Assembly (NCBI RefSeq): GCF_009914755.1
Contig: NC_060937.1
Length of the DNA stretch: 64,000 nt
Reading direction: 5' to 3' (one strand)
Origin: the human T2T-CHM13v2.0 reference genome, Homo sapiens
The notes under the pieces were generated by a model. It saw only the letters and a program-made list of their open reading frames with translations, made no database searches and was not told the DNA's origin. Each line of letters starts with the position of its first letter. Within the stretch, counting starts at the first letter, position 1. Below are positions 61,512-64,000 of the stretch, piece after piece. Made by a program: the position numbers and the translations under genes.

Positions 61512-61936
61512 TGACATTGTTTCGATGTTTGTCCCTTCCAAATCTTATGTTGAAATGCAATTCCCAGTGTTGGAGGCGGAGGTGGGCCTCTTGGGATGTT
61601 TATTGGTCATGGGGGGAAATTCGTAAGAAATGACATGGTGCTGCCCTCCTCATGGTAATAAGTAAGTTTTTCTTCTGTTAGTTCATAGCAGACCTGGTTG
61701 TTTAAAAGAGCCTAGCATCTCTCTCTTCCTCTCTTTCTCTCACCATGTGACACACCGGCCCCTCCCCCCTTTAACTTCTGACATGATTGGAGGCTTCCTG
61801 ACCCCCTTGCCAGAGCAGATGCTGGTGCCATGCTTTTTATACAGCCTGCAAAACTATGAACCAAATAAACCTCTTTTCTTTGTAAATTACCCAGTCTCTG
61901 GTATTCCTTTACAGCAATGGAAAATGAACTAATTCA
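61512..61936 (+). mobile_element. MSTB-like MaLR solo LTR
   Basis: tgacattgtttcgatgtttgtcccttccaaatcttatgttgaaatg...ccaaataaacctcttttcttt...gaactaattca. Confidence 0.9.
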
Positions 61937-62971
61937 GTGGTTAATATCCAAAATAGACAAGGAACTGAAACAACTCAATAGCAAGAAAACAAATAATTCA
62001 CTTAAAAATGAGCAAAGGACATGAATAGAATAGTTAATTCTAAAAAGGAGATTTACAAATGGCCATTAGGTGTATGAAAAACTGCTCAGTGTCGCTAATT
62101 GTCAGGGAAATGCACATTGCAGCCACAAAAAAAATATTACCTCATACCTGTAAAAATTGCTACTATTAAAAAACAAAAGATAAGTTTTGGCAAAAAGAGA
62201 AGCAAAAGAAACCCTGGCACACTGTTGGTGGGCATGTAAATTTGGACAATCATTATGGAAAACAGTATGAAGGTTCACCAAAAAAATAAAAACTAAAACT
62301 ACCACATGATCCAAGAATCCCACTACTGGGTATATATCTAAAAATACTGAAGCCAGTATGTCAAAGAGACATCTGCCTTCCCATGTTTATTGAAGCATTA
62401 TTCACAGTAGATAAGAAATGGAAAAAAAAATTGCCTATCAATGAGTGACTGGATAAAGAAAATGTGGTACTTTTCATTGTGTCTTACTAGTCATAACAAA
62501 GGGCACATATATCACCATTTGTAATAACATGGATGAACCCAAAGGGCATTATGTTAAGTAAAAGGATCCAGGCACATAAAGACAAATGCCATATGATCTC
62601 ACTCACTATGTGAAATCTAAAATACTTAATCTCACAGATGTAGAGAGTAGAATGATGAATACCAGGGGCTGAAGTGGTTTGGGGATGAGTGCGAGATTTT
62701 AGTCAAAGTACACAAATGTTAAAAGGAATAAGTTCAAAAGATCTATTATACAACATTGTGACAATAGTTAATAACAATATATGTATTGTATTATTGAAAA
62801 CCACTGAGAAGAGATGTAAATTGTTCTCAGCCCCACAATAAAAAATCCGTGAGGTAATGCTTATGTTAATTAGCTAGATTTAGTCAGTCTAACATACAAA
62901 TACGTATTTTTTAAAACTTGCTGTACATAATAAATACATAATTTTATCTGTCAATTTAAAAAACAAATAAG

Positions 62972-63313
<342 letters not shown>

Positions 63314-63569
63314 TTAAGCAACAGTTTACTCATCAGTAAAACAATTTGGTAAAATATCAATTTACTTGGGCCCAAATAAGTATCAAGTAAGTTAATATGT
63401 GACACTTTTAAGATGATAAATGAAGGAAATGAGAGTGTTTAGGTGAAAAGTAAGGAAAGAAATGAAGAACCTGACTTTTAAGTTAAAGAATACAGTCTAG
63501 GAGGAAAAACCACAGGAAAAGACAACATGATATATTTCGAAAACAAAACAACAAAAGGATCAGCATATT

Positions 63570-63750
63570 AAGAATATAATTGGAGTGTTTGTAACACAAA
63601 GGATATATGTCTGAGGGAACAGATATTCCATTTTCCATTATGTGGTTATTATGCATTACATACCAGTATCAAAATAGCTCATATATCCCATAAATATATA
63701 CACCTACTATGTACCCACAAAAACTAAAAATAAAAAGTTAAAAAAGAAAG
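63570..63750 (+). mobile_element. L1MA2/3-like 3' terminus
   Basis: ttgtaacacaaaggata...cccataaatatatacacctactatgtacccacaaaaa. Confidence 0.85.
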
Positions 63751-64000
63751 ACTATAAAGTGTGGTGTAAAGAATAGCAGATGGAGAGAGAAGCAGATTCC
63801 AATTTACGAAGGAGCATGACTTTAACGAATTTTGGCTTACAACAGAATATAGAGAAAATGTCAACCTCTTTATTTTACCTTTAAAAGATAGATGCAGTTT
63901 TTCACAAACTCTTTTCCACAAATTAAAATAAGTTTATGTACTTAAGTCTAGAAAATAGCAACCTAAACGGAAGGACAGAAGACATAAATCACAAATGAGG

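Overview
AT-rich, gene-poor primate genomic DNA. It is catarrhine, probably human or great ape, judged from an AluY and a HERV-W LTR17. I find no protein-coding exon, RNA gene or CRISPR array; every ORF I could assign comes from an Alu, L1, LTR or microsatellite. The window is a nested mosaic of transposon relics: one full-length dead L1PA8A-like element with a 12-bp target-site duplication (TSD; 48420-54877), many L1 fragments, eight Alu copies or fragments, MaLR LTRs (THE1, MST, MLT1) with two MLT1 internal segments, MLT2/ERVL LTRs, a solo HERV-W LTR17, a ~1.9-kb GC-rich MER52 LTR, and L2/MIR remnants. I see no convincing new biological system. The best observations are two L1 3'-transduction candidates, a 3'-truncated Alu, an AluY with two Ya5-type changes, several micro template-switch scars and a forkhead-motif cluster. 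Subfamily names come from recall of consensus sequences, and boundaries of old elements are approximate.
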